Made by a program: the position numbers and the translations under genes. A DNA stretch of 61,409 nt, the filler included, from Basidiobolus ranarum (Eukaryota), in the NCBI GenBank assembly GCA_040143965.1. It is 7 parts of 7 records of this genome, joined end to end, with 100 filler letters (N's around TTAATTAATTAA, not from the genome) between each part and the next. Parts side by side here need not be neighbours in the genome. Positions count along the whole stretch, not along the records: positions 26,402 to 35,084 come from JASJQH010000938.1; positions 35,185 to 43,862 come from JASJQH010000939.1; 5 more parts are not named here. The stretch is one strand, 5' to 3'. How positions within the stretch are numbered: position 1 is the first letter of the stretch; each line of letters starts with the position of its first letter. Shown here one piece after another: positions 26,583 through 40,004 of the stretch. The notes beneath the pieces are model-generated. The model did no database searches and was not told where the DNA came from. It worked only from the letters and a program-made list of their open reading frames with translations.

Positions 26583-28316
26583 TGGATGGCTGGTATTGTA
26601 AAATATTCATTAATTGTAAACTTTCATATTTGGATATGTTGCCTGATTGGTAACTGATGTTCTTTTATGAATTACAGTATAGTTGAGTTGCTTAGCTTCA
26701 TTTGACCAGCTTAGATAACTTCCAAAACATCATTTCTCCCTATGTAATTGCAATTTAGAGTAGGTACCAATGGACATTGCTAAGCAGAAAGCTGTGGATA
26801 TTAAGTTTTTATTACAAGCACAAGTGTGAAATGTTGATATACAAAAGAATTAAAGCAAGGACAAGTTAGCATTCCATGCTACAAAGCTCCGACTTTCATG
26901 CACGTGAGCACCATGCAATAGCCAAGCGCAACCATAAATTGTTTTGCGAAAAATGACCAGTTTATTTCATTAGGCTCTGACACAATCGAAAGAATATTTT
27001 AGATATTCTGTTTATCACATGATTGGAAATAGTGATCTGTATGGTGGCAAACAGTTTGCATCATTAGTGATTTAAGCTATCAAAACATGCCAATTCAAAC
27101 ACGGATTGTAAAAATAATGGGCGATGAGTGGTTGGCATCTACATGAAATGTAGGAACCTAAAATACTAGCTCATCAATCCATGACATAGTCAAGTGATGA
27201 TGATATGCGTATGGAATTCCGTAAGAGGAAGAGAGATACCCGAGACCATCGGGTAATTACGGGATAGATTTAGGCTACAGTGTGATCTTCCCCACATTCG
27301 AATGGATCTAACTATTAATTGATAGCTGTAGGTCAACATGAGCTCCAATATCCATTTAGCCAAGATGTAAACAACCCCGGTGCGAAACAGTACACAAATC
27401 CTCAAAGTCATCAGTTGCACAGATTCAGTGTTTTTGACAGAACGAGTTGGCGATCGACCTAATAAAGAGGATTAATGTTCCCAACCCCAATTTATTGATT
27501 CGTTAGGGTGAGGTAGATGGTTCCTCATTAAGGCGATGATATTGCTCGATTTTGTTGGGAATACAGCATGTCATCGTTCGCCATGACTGATTCCTAATTT
27601 ATGTTAGTTTGCATTCATCCATTTTGACAGTGATTGATCAGCTTGCAGCACGGAGTAGGAAAATGTTTTGTTTCGACTGAAGCAATCTTTGTTAGCAATA
27701 CAAGGCTGGCCAACCTTGGGCACTTTCTTGAGTTTCATGCTGAGCGCCAGACCAAGCGAGGTTAGTCAATATAGCATCTACAGTCTCTTGATTGTCCGGC
27801 CACTTGAGGAGAATGTTTACAATGCCTGAATAGATTAAAAACATGCGATTGGATCAACAAACTGGAATAGAGGATGACTGCTCTTTGATCAAATGATCTA
27901 TTAGCGAAAACATTAGCTATGACTATTCCAAAACATCATTTAAAATCGGTCGGAGTGGCTACAGTTGTAACGTCTTACTCTGTTTCATCAATCAGTATCA
28001 AATTCTAATCTGAATAGTGTCACTCTCCAACATTAGGTTTCTGCTATTTGCAACTTCTATTCAAAAGTCGCAGTGAGCTCTGCTTCTCTCTTTCAACCTT
28101 TAAGTACGGATCTGGAAGCAAACTCACTTTTCTACTTTGTTTATACCCTTTCTTAAATCAGGTCTTAAACAATCCTTACCTTAACTGACTACTTAAGCGT
28201 ATTATCTTCACTGTTGACATTATCTTCTGAAACTTCGTCCTTAACTCTAGTGTTTAATTGACCTAACTTTAAAACGGAAATATCACGTCCACTACCAAGA
28301 TCACCGCGAAAACACC

Positions 28317-31300
28317 ATGGGTGTCGACGAGGACGGAAACGGCCTTGCCTCTCTAATAGGGATAGTCAAAAGTTCTTCTGGCCGCTTAGTCCCTCGAGCG
28401 AGCACCGCCAACATAATTCAACCACCTAATACATTTTTAAACAGTTCGTCGACGCTCTCCACCTCGATAACTTCAAAGATGTACGTGAGGAAATTTCTGT
28501 TTAAATTTTTCTTTTATACTACATATTTACACTTTACTATTTCAAAGTCTCGATGAGTTATGGTTTAGACAAAATTTTCCCTCTGAAACTGAAAAGATCA
28601 CACGAAGAAGGTTATTTTCACGACAAAGACCCACTTTGAAAATCGCGTGTACTGTGTTAACCTCTTATTTAAAAAATTTCTAGAACCATACATTTCGGGA
28701 AACATGAAAATATCTTTAAGAAAACTCTCGAGGCACAGGTAAATCCTCCCTTCACTTCTAAATATCGCCAAGCGTTCATTGGCGTTTATTCTAGGGTTTT
28801 TGGTTTTTTCTGCGGCTTGAATAATAACATGATCAAATTTCACTCTCCCACTCTCTAGTTCAACGAAGAAACGTCGACCGATCTCTCCTCCAAAGTATCG
28901 AGTGATACCAATCAGTCAGAAGATTTATCGAACCCCTCCAAAGAAACTCCCACCAGAACCATCTTAGAAGAAGCCCTTCTTAATGAGCTGAAAGAGTTAA
29001 AGCTGGATCTCAAGAAGCTTAAAGAAGAAAATTCCAAAAGAATGAAAGATTTTGAAGTTCGAGAGAATGCCTATCGGGAAGAGATTTCATCCATTCAAGA
29101 ACAGAGAAATCGAATATTAATGGAATACGATTCGGATAGAAATCAGTATCAAACTGAGATCATCTTGATCAAAGAGGAAAAGCAAAAGATGGAAGCAGAT
29201 CTGGCCAAAGCTCTAAAATCCTTGGAAATTGAGTTGAATTCATCGAAAAATGATTTCGAAAAGAAGTCATTAAAAGAAATGGCTGAAAAATTAGACCATG
29301 AAATCACCCAGCTAAAGGCATCTTTTGTAGATGAGATAGAAAGAACCTTAAGCGATAGAGAACTTCAACATACTGAAGAGGTCGAGGTTCTTGAAAATGA
29401 AAAGCATGACTTGGAAGAACAGCTCAATGATACCAAGAATGAACTTCAATACTATGAAAAGTCATTGACTAAAGTTTTATCTCAACTTGCTGATTCTCAA
29501 GACCGTCTGGAGGGCTTAGAGGTGGAGAAGAAAGATCTGGAGATCCGAGCTGTTGAAAATGAGATCGCCTACCTTGACCTCGAAGAAGACAGAGATGTTC
29601 TCCAGAATCAATGTAGTCAACTCAAGCGGCAGCTTGAAACTTTGCTCCAAGAAAACTCCGAAGTAAGTCCCTACTTTGTTTTTGAACTCAATCAACTAAA
29701 TATTAAATCTTATTTTACCAAGTCGACCAATAGAGCCGATATCGAGATGATATCTGACAAATCGGATTCTTTAAGACAGCAGTACTTTGAACTTCAACAA
29801 GAATGTGACATGATGGAGAAAGAAGTGGGGTCACTGAAAGACAAAAAGGCCTATTTACTATGGGAGGCGTCAGAGTTGTCCGTAGCTAGTAAACCACTGG
29901 AGAACACGATGAGTGCTGGTAAAGATGTAAACGACCAAGAAACTGAAGAAAATCACTTCACTCCTCTGATACAGGAGGATACTGTCGCAGATGTAAGGCT
30001 AAAAAAGAATATCGACTCTCTTGAAGAAAATCACGAATCCCTCGAACAGCAGTACATTAATTTACAGAAATCCATTGAAGAACTTAACGAAGTCATATCC
30101 CGAGAGGTCGAACGTATCAATACTCTTCACGAAGATAAGAAATCCTTGGCCGATGAAATCGATGCATTGATCCAACTCAATGAAGAGCTTCGTAGTAAGG
30201 CGGAATTTTGGAGAACTTCAGTGAAGGAAGTGGAGTCTGAACTATCGGTCAACTCTTCAACAAACTCAAAGCGCAGCAGGAGAAACTCAAACAGTATCTC
30301 TTTTTCTCGAATTCAAGAAATCTACGAGCAAAGACTAACTGATCAAGAGCGTCGATTTAACAGACTCTGGGACGATATTGTTATCAATAATGAGCATTTG
30401 CAGAATGAAAATCAGAACCTACAGTATCAACTGAGTGATATTGAAAACGACCGAGATTCATGGGCCAAATACGCTAATGAACTCGAAACCCGGGTGGAAA
30501 TCCTTTCACGAGAATCAAGACAAATAGATTCTATATCTGCTACGGATCTGATTATGAACCCTGCTAACGATGAACTGATCCGTGCCCAACTTGAAGACGA
30601 AAATATCTCGCAAGTTGACTTGAACTCCCAATTCAGCACCATAGTTGCGGATTACAAGTATCAACTCGACATCTTGGAAACTGACAAGCAAGAATTGATA
30701 GAATACGCTCACAAACTAGAGTACGAAGTTGATCATCTGACGCAAGAGCTGCATCGTAAGAAAAGTTTCAGTAGACGGCATAGTCAAAGCTATGCTCCTC
30801 CAACACCGAGTGAATCAGTGAATCAAGAAGCGCTACTTCCACATTCCAATCGTATCCAATCTGATGACTTTTCTGACGGCAGTAATGTCAAAAGCGAGAC
30901 CAATCGAACTTTACATTCTTCAGTGGATTTTGAAACTGAGGGGTTTGCCTCACTTTTCGCCGACATTGATCAAATGCGGGACGAGATGACGAAGCTTTCA
31001 CAAGTTAACACTCGTTTACAAGAAGAATGCCTTAAGCTTAAGATTGATAGGGATAGGTTAGCGCAGGAGATGAATCAACTTGTTGATGAAAATAGCACCC
31101 TAGTCGCCGAACATAGAGAATTTCTTGCTGCCTCATCCAGGATTAAAAAAGAGCCTGACACACCTGAGATGGTGTTGGAAGGATATCTTATCAAAGATCC
31201 TCGTGTTCTAGAACTGATTGAGAAAGTTAACCGACTGGAACTGAATCTCGATAATCAGTACCGAGCTAATGAAAGACTCAAGCAACAGTTGACGCATTTT

Positions 31301-32671
31301 GGCCAATACTTCACGAGCGTCGACTCTCCAGTATGTCTAGAGAATAGCCTTCTCTTTCCAGAAGCGGTAAATAATGGCCCCAGTCTCGTTAAAGCTCCAG
31401 AGGTAGCGGATAAACTCTCAGTTGGCCACAAATCGAACAGTGTCATACTAAGCACAGACTTAATCAATTCGCTACTATTGCAATCATACGCAGTAAAAGA
31501 AATGCTGGAGACAGATTCCCGACTTTTAACCGAGATCCAAATTACACTCTCCCCCGACTCTATAGAATCAATACGTAGCTCGGACGAACAATCAGAGGAT
31601 TCAAGAAATAGCTCTAGACCGGTAGACCGGGATCAAGTCACCCGTCTATTCAAATCTCTAAAGTCCCTATTTCAGAACCAGACAAGTTTAATAGATGATG
31701 TTCAGCTCATTATTAACAAGTTAAAGCATACACAGAATATGTCCTCTCCCCTTGCACCAGAAATTGTAGATATCACCAACAAACTTGATCTAATCACATT
31801 GTATGACGCAAGCGAACGTAGTGAGAATAGTCTGGTGGTAGCGGCTCGGTTATGCGGAATGAAGGGACGTGACTCCGGATTTAGCGAAGGAGGGAGTATT
31901 TTCAAGCTTGAAAATACCGAGCCGTTTTTGAAATCTTCGCCAAGAGTCCAAGGTCGTCGGTCAAGTTTCGATTCTGGAAGTGACCAAATGTATCAATTAT
32001 CAGAAAAAGAGGCCCACGACTTTCAACAGGATTTCCAAGAACTCGAGATATTATGTCGTGACCTGAGATACGAAAACGAGCTATTGATCCAAGAAAACCA
32101 GCAATTCCGGCAAAAACTCCATGAGGCTTATAATAAAACTACCAGTCTGCGACAAAAAAGCATGATGGTGGAGAACCTTGAATTGAGGATACATGATCTG
32201 ATTCAGATCAAGGATGAGGAGTACGCCATGAACACGGATAGGATTTCTCAGCTTGAATGTGACCTTCAAACGAAAGTTAGCAAAATTATGAGCTTAGCTC
32301 GTGAGAAGAACTCGATTCTACAAGACAATCATGAGCTCCAACGTAAATTGATCATGCTTAGTGAGGTTAGTAAGCGGGGAATATTGTCTCCATGTATATA
32401 GATGCACGACTAATGTAATTCGTTTTAGGCCAAACGCCAATTAGAAGTAGACTATCAAACTGAGAAAGAGATGGTCATGTCATTCCAAAACCAACTATGT
32501 GTACTTCGCGAAAGCCTACGACTTGAACAATATGAAACGCGTTCCAGATCCAACCAGGCTGTGAGTATGGATACCAATTTAGCTGAGGAAAATGCTAATT
32601 GTGAAAGGCATCACCCTTTTGAGCTTCCAGAAACAGCCGACTCTTCAAGCGAAGATGCTGTGTCCCACTAG
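28317..32671 (+). CDS. Large coiled-coil protein, multi-exon, family unassigned
   Basis: 1119-codon ORF 29042-32401 with heptad E/K/L/Q composition; upstream exon from ATG 28317 and final exon after the acceptor at ~32429 ending TAG 32671. Confidence 0.85.
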
Positions 32672-33815
32672 ATCTAGCGAGTGCTTAACGCGCCATGCAC
32701 ATAGTAAGATTGTATCCAACCCTCATTAGACTCGGTAAACCACCCATGACACTGATCCAACCCCGCCAGACCCCCAACCGTGCTAACTCGGAGAGACCTT
32801 CTGGCGACCTCATCCACAATCCTCAACCATCACACTTAATTGTACACATGTCTATAGAATTCAGCTGATTTGTTTATTTTCATTTATATTCACATTTGTA
32901 ATTAATCAATGTTTCTTTACTTTGCGATCACATCACATCTTTATCTGATTTGTTGGATTTCACTTCTACATGTTTATTCTTGCTACTATGGAGCCTACAC
33001 CTACTATAGTATATATATATGTACGTATTAGAGTATTAATCTTTTTTGGTTTCTGATTCAAGTTTTGTAAGAAATTACAAAGATATTGTAAAGTAAACAA
33101 AGCAATGGTTAGATTTTCATTCGATTATGTGCATGAACGTGTATCTGTAGCCTTCAATGATATTGACGGATATATATATGTATTAGTTCCTAACCTAAAT
33201 ACTAGGAAGTAGTTGGATATGCACTCATCACCTATGAAACCATTAATTCCCAGTACTCCTCTTCCACCAATGAGCCATCCGTTTGGAGCTAATATAATCA
33301 CTAATATCATCATGCAACGCTGATAGCTTCACATCCTTTATTGAGCGGAATTATTGGGTGATGTAGAAGTTGGAATTATGACAGATTTTCTATTTTGAAT
33401 GGGAAATTTCAATGGTAGTGTAGTGATTGAAAGGTTCAATTTAACATTGGTAAATGCGGAAATTTTCTAGTTAATACTTCGTGGCATGTAAAACCTTGGG
33501 CGTAGAGTGTCAAAATGGTATCAAGAGCTGTATATATAAATACTTCCCACAATACCTGCTTGATGATACTTGCTTATCCATATTTATGGCAACTGGAGCA
33601 TAAAAACAAGGTTCCAACAGTAACACCATCCGATGTAGGCAATGTAATCATATCTGGTTTTGAGATGAAATATAAGTAATGCTATTCTTGGCGGTATAGC
33701 AAAGGCTTCTTCATTCTACAACTATTTAGTACTTTGTTGTAGCATTGGAAAGCTTATTATTTTATCCATGATTTCTTTCATCATTATGAAATTTTTAATC
33801 TTACATAGAAGTATC

Positions 33816-34135
33816 TGTTGAAATAAACATAGCCTAAACACCTAGATAGTTCAAAATGAAATAGCTAAATACTAAGCCATATATGACTAAGATATCATCT
33901 CATGAGGAATTTACTTAATCTTTGGAGATATATATAGATTTTTCAAACTTGTGCTAGAAGCCCCAAACTCTGCACACATGTTCCTGGGACCTTCCTTAAG
34001 ACATTGCACATGTTTACTTCTCTACATCTTGATAAAACTATAATTGTCAACTCTACTCAAGAAATCAACAAGTAAAGTCCACCAATTCTTCTAGTTCAAC
34101 AAACCACTTCCAACAAGCTCCCAAACACTTCAACA
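33816..34135 (+). repeat. Solo-LTR family, copy 2
   Basis: TGTTGAA...TTCAACA inverted termini, 320 bp; no matching flanking duplication. Confidence 0.85.
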
Positions 34136-35084
34136 GCTTATTCAATAGCACTCTTGATGTAAAAGTAGGATTGATTCTAGTCTACAAAATATTGTGCACA
34201 TAGGAGAGCTTGATGGAGTTAATCCTGTACTATGAGGCAAACTCATCTCCAATTCAAATACCAAATTATGATTTCAGGGTTATTGGAAAAGGTATTTGTC
34301 AGTTTGAGTATTGCACTACTAAAAGTTCTCATAGCTGTGTAGACTTGCTACCACTACTTACTCTCTGAATATTTGCAAGAAATCTTAGAAAAAGATTCAC
34401 AATATAGATACTTATTGCTAAATTTTGAATTTTTGAAATTAGGCCCAGATAACTGGTACTTGTGCACAGAGAAACTGTTCAAAGTCTCAACCAGTTAGGA
34501 AAGTATAGCCTAAGTACTAAATCTTGAACTGTGGGGAAAATGCTCACATGTTCACCATGTGTATTATTTTGCCATCCTACTATATCTGGATGTTCAATAT
34601 AGCATATTTGAAAGACTTAATAAGCTTAAACTCTTTAAAGTCCTTGAGACTCATGTGTTTTCCTGAATGTAATACATTTACTAACAAACAAGAATCAATG
34701 TACACCAACACTCATAATGGAGTTACTTATTTGCATATGCTTTGAATTGTAATATCACTATATTGATCAACATATTGATTTGATTTTCAGCACCTTACCT
34801 AATCATAGTCAAAGAAGCAGTTTTCAATGTATTTTCTGGATAATATATTATATTTAGCATGATAGTTAGCTTTAGTTATGATTCAAATATGAGAAACTGT
34901 ATGATAATTAATCTTTATTCAACATTATAGTTAACTTTAGTCACAATACATATATCAGAAACAGAAAGCAACATATCTATAGCCCCTGTATTCTAAATAG
35001 GAATATCTCTATATCAATATAACAAGTATGTCTTATTACCCCCACTTATCTATTATATCTTATTACACAAACTCCTGAATATCT

Positions 35085-35184
35085 NNNNNNNNNNNNNNNN
35101 NNNNNNNNNNNNNNNNNNNNNNNNNNNNTTAATTAATTAANNNNNNNNNNNNNNNNNNNNNNNNNNNNNNNNNNNNNNNNNNNN
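35085..35184. other. Artificial contig spacer
   Basis: N44-TTAATTAATTAA-N44. Confidence 0.98.
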
Positions 35185-35840
35185 TCGACACCTTGGAACA
35201 TGTGAGCCTATTATCGGCATCCAAGGTTTTTAATACTCAAGCAGAAGAAACTATAGGAAAGTCATAAACGCTTACATCAACAATCTTACAAAGAGCACGA
35301 ATGGCATTGGCTCTGTAGATGGCTTCAGAGTTAGGTTGCATATCTCTAGTCAAACTACTTGTGATCATAATAACATCTTGAGCGATGGTTGAAAGTTCTT
35401 TGATCACCAAATAAACCATTTGACGAAGAGAAGTCTATATAAAAAGGGATGAAGAGTTAGCAAAAATCTAATGTTTCCTATGTTTCTAGAACATACATCT
35501 TTGGACTGGAAAAGCTTTGTGATGCTGAAAAACAGGTCGGTAGCTTCATTAGTAGCGAAAGTTTCTCCCAAATACAATAGATAGGTTATTTTTGCCAAAA
35601 GAATGCGGCACTTTTTGGGCGCAACGGGAGATTCATTAAACACTCGAGCCTCTTGTAAAACTGTGGTTTTGTCAAGGTGATGTAAAAGACCAGACTCACC
35701 TAGAATATATTGCAAGTAATACCGAATGGATGAACAAAATGGACTTTGGAAATACCCCAAATAAAAAGGTGTAGTAAATAGTGCGCTTAAATAAGGCATA
35801 GTCAAATACCTGCATCTTCGTCTTTCGTAGCCCAACTCAT
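35185..35840 (-). CDS. SEC21: Coatomer subunit gamma, 5' part (cut by contig end)
   Basis: [61 protein letters not shown]/..[22 protein letters not shown]. Confidence 0.96.
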
Positions 35841-36822
35841 TTTATCCAAGATACAGTCGAAGAGAATAAAGATGAAATTCACTACCACTCCAAATTAGAG
35901 CCACTTCAAAAATGCAAGGCCGCGTATTAGCTTGATCTTGAATATTACAATGGGAACTAGTAATATCACATTAATGAAATCGAAAAATCAACTATGCAGG
36001 AACATTAGCTAACAAATTTGGATTTAGCCCTGAACTGCCTTTCATCATCAAATATTGGCATTTTACTATTGGAAATTGTGTTTGTCATTGGCGTTCCAAA
36101 AATAAACTCGCTTTGAAGTTTACGTCATGAACTTGCCTCTACTATCGCTTAGATTCGGAATTAACCATTTGAGCATTTTACCCAATAAAATCGCGCACGC
36201 GCATCAATCATAACAAGGAATCACCAAGGGTGCAAAAGCCAATGATAGTTACGCACAAATGCTTTCTTCCACACTGAATACCACCAAGACAATCAACGGG
36301 AATTGCTTAGAGTTAGGCGGTGGTAAACCTGGGACAAGGAGGGAAGGAATAACCAACGATATTCAGGAGCTAGATATTTGCTACAAATCCCAAACTATTG
36401 GTGATCTTGAGTCCTTCCAGTGAGCACGGAAAACTGGTAAGTAGCACTGCACACCAAAGCATTAATTCTTGAGAGGGGCTTCGGAATTGTAGCGGTAGTG
36501 TTAGTCAAAGTTTGTATTTGGCTTTATGATACAAAATCCTAATTGAACTGGTGATAGACTGTATTGAATGGGCAAATGCACTGAAGGGGGTCACGTGCGT
36601 TCCGACTTCTTAGCCAAAGTAAATGATTGGCTATCACGGAAACTGTTGAATTATTAGTGTTAAGCATTAGATATCATGCATAATATATATATTGCTTATC
36701 TGCTGGAAATTTCTCAAGTTGAAATTGTATCATGTACTCGGACATATCTCAGAGATAATGAGAGGAAGCACGTTGGTCAGACTCATCCAAAACTCTTCAA
36801 ATATTTTCCCTTACATTGTTAG

Positions 36823-37159
36823 TGTTGAACCTGCAATAGCCTAAGCCTCTATATAGTCATATAGCTAGCTACCTAAATTTCACTATGTTATTATGAGATA
36901 ACTTCATGAGGCATTTACTGAAAATATTGAGACCAACTTGGAAGTTCGAAGATTATGTGAATTTCTCAAACTTGTCCAAGAGACCCCAAACTTTGTACAT
37001 ATACTTCTTCGACCTTTGTAAGCATATTCAATACGCTACTTTGCCTATTTCTTGACATAAGTATAAATGTCAACTTTCACTCAATAAAGCATTAAGTGAA
37101 AACCACCAATTCTTCTAGTTCTCCAAATCATTTCCAACAACTCCCAAAATACCTTAACA
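36823..37159 (+). repeat. Solo-LTR family, copy 3
   Basis: TGTTGAA...TTAACA; flanks GTTAG/GCTAG (4 of 5 match, a decayed target-site duplication). Confidence 0.8.
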
Positions 37160-37384
37160 GCTAGTACCTGAGAGACATGCCCATTTATTGATGTGCATTC
37201 ATCTACTTAAAAAATAGGTTTACTTGTTTTCAATTCAATTAGCCATTAAGCATAAAGCACATTCTTCCTCTATGTAGCCTTGAAATTGACGATGCCCTTG
37301 GATATCAGATAAGGTAAATATACTGACAAGTTTTTTTTATGTCTCATAAATGGTAGTTGGAGTTAAGCCCCCAAATATTCATAC

Positions 37385-37692
37385 TGTTGAAAGTAACATA
37401 GCCTAAACATCTATGTAGTCATTCCATATTTCCCTAAGATATCACTCATCATTCTCAATTGGAATTTACTTAGAGGTTCTCACATAAATAGATTTTTCAA
37501 ACTTGTCCTAGAAGCCCCCAACTTTGCACACATGCTTCTGGGACCTTTCTTAACACATTCTGTAGGTTTTTTTACTTACCTCTGCATAAAAGTATAAATA
37601 TCAACTTGCTATTCAATAAATCCATAAGTGAAATCCACCAATTCTTCCAGTTCTCCAAACCACCTCCAACAAATTCCCAAAATACTTTAGAA
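37385..37692 (+). repeat. Solo-LTR family, copy 4
   Basis: TGTTGAAA start; shared blocks TAGATTTTTCAAACTTGT, GCACACATG and CCACCAATTCTT; degenerate 3' end. Confidence 0.8.
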
Positions 37693-40004
37693 GTTATATC
37701 TTAGACATGTTGGAGAAGACCGAAAATTCCATAGTTTCCCCTAACTTCCTTAATGCTCCAACTAGCAATATCTTTGGAATTCATGAAAGAGTTGAAAGCA
37801 AATCATATATTTCTTCTAATTCATTCGAAATACCTGCTGTTATATATCCTTGGTCAAAGCTCTATATATTCCACAGAGTCAAGCAGACCATATTTCGATA
37901 TATAGCAGTAGGCAGTATTGCTCATGATTCCGAGTTTTGAACAATTTAACTTGACCAATGGAGGGTAATTTTAGCGTAAACATGCTTTCGTAATATGGAT
38001 TGAAGTAAATGGCTTGCATATACATATGCGGGGGAACGAACTGGCATATAATAAATGTTAGGACTAAACACTCAGATCTACTTTTAGCGTTTCCAATTAC
38101 AAGGAAGTATACTTTGATAATATGCTCTACTTTCTCTGTATGTTTCTCAACAATAGATCAGTTATAAAAGTGGCAAGCCTATATAGTAAAGCACTTGGGG
38201 CATGATTGGTCAAAGATGAACACATATATATTACAGTATTTCTATTCCATTTTAAAAAGCAGATATCAAGCTGACATTTTTTTTAAGTGTGTGGGATGAG
38301 TGAGATGTGTCCAATCTAGCCAATCTAAGAAACTTGGGAATCACATCTATTGCTTTGTCGATATGGAAATATGCAACTATACTTGCATTGGAAATAAAGA
38401 AAATAATATGCTAAACATGATGTGAGAATATTGAATTTTCTTTTGGCTCAATCAATTGTCCGCACCGTTCATGAACTGAGTTCAACAGCTTATGGCTTAA
38501 GAATGAATTCAAGTAAAGTGCATGAATGCGGAATAGATGTTTGACTTTGCATTCAAAGACCTATATCATCTAGTAGGGCATTGTTTCTGTTAAGAACAGT
38601 ATATAACAGCACTACAAGCTCGGGTATGGGGTAGGTTAGTGACCTGGTAAGAAAACGAGAAACTGCATTATTAAATCTGACAAGTACATTATGCTTGGAA
38701 TCTGGAGCAAGCTCAAGTGACTTGGCAAACTTAATAATTCCATATTAGATAAATGACAAATAGTACACTGACTGCTAATTTAACAGGCCCCGACTTGACT
38801 TATCAGGTACATAATGGATGAAATGAGTATCATACATGTCTAACCAAAGTTAAATACAAACCTCCTGCGTCTGGTGGCCATGGTCGTATATTAAAAAGTT
38901 CCCTTATCAAAATGGTAGTAGCCATGCTAATACTATTAATAGCTTCTGCCACCCAAGTTGTGGCCATGACTAACTGATCAAGCTACATATCACTCTCGCC
39001 GTTTCAAATTGATCAAAGACTTGAATCACGAAGCTCCAATTTGGTACTAAACACTCCTATTTAGTCACTGGTGAAAGAATAGAAATCGCTGCTGCATTAC
39101 ATTCGGATAAAAAATACTCCATCTTTGTCCCAACTTTATTTCATTATCCGATTTCATTGGCTTTCACGGATTTTATACTGTTGGGGGAATTATATTAGGA
39201 TTGATAGATTCCACAAAAGCCAATTACTATCTAGCTCTGATGGAAGTGACGATATGAAATGAAAAAGGCATCTGGATCCAGGCCAAATTAGGAAATGCAT
39301 TAAAATCCGAATAAAAGGGAATCGAAATTCTCAGATGGTTACTATGGCCAAGTGGATGCGGAAGTGGATGCTATGAATTAAACAATTAAGATCCTGCAAC
39401 GGCGGGATGACACAGGTGCGCTCGTGACACATGCAGTGAGCAAAAGATGTTTGGATTCGTTTGATAGGGAGCAACGGTTACCATCATCGCATGCACTGGG
39501 ATATGATCTACTCCTTAATGCATACGCTGAGTCCATTGCACTATCGGGAGGGTTCTGAAAGCAAATGCTGCTGCATGGGTCATTTGATTCAACAATCATT
39601 GGATTCTGGTTTGTTGGCATCGCATATGCAAATCCCTAACAAACCCAGTGTTACACTTTCTCTGATTGATGATGGATTAGCTCCATCGCATAGTGTATTC
39701 CGTGGAAACAAGGTTTGAAGATTGGGGCCACGCATCCAATTCAATAATTTTTATATCACTGATCTGATGATGAAAAGGTGTTGCAGTGAGTAAGGTAATG
39801 GTTCAGACTGATATGGTATATATGTACGATCGAGTAAGTGGAGCAGTTAGGAGGGATGGGTAGCAGAATAGTACAAGTTAGAGGAAATACAGGGATTGCT
39901 TTCGTCAAAACAATACGATTATTAGAGCCATAGGAATCCAGCAGTGCATAGCCTGCTATGCTTAGCAAATAAGAACCGACACAAATACAAGTGCTTATGT
40001 AATA

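Noticed and set aside
39378..39968. Short ORFs downstream of the K+ channel as extra exons or a gene
   Set aside because: No recognisable motif and no convincing splice path
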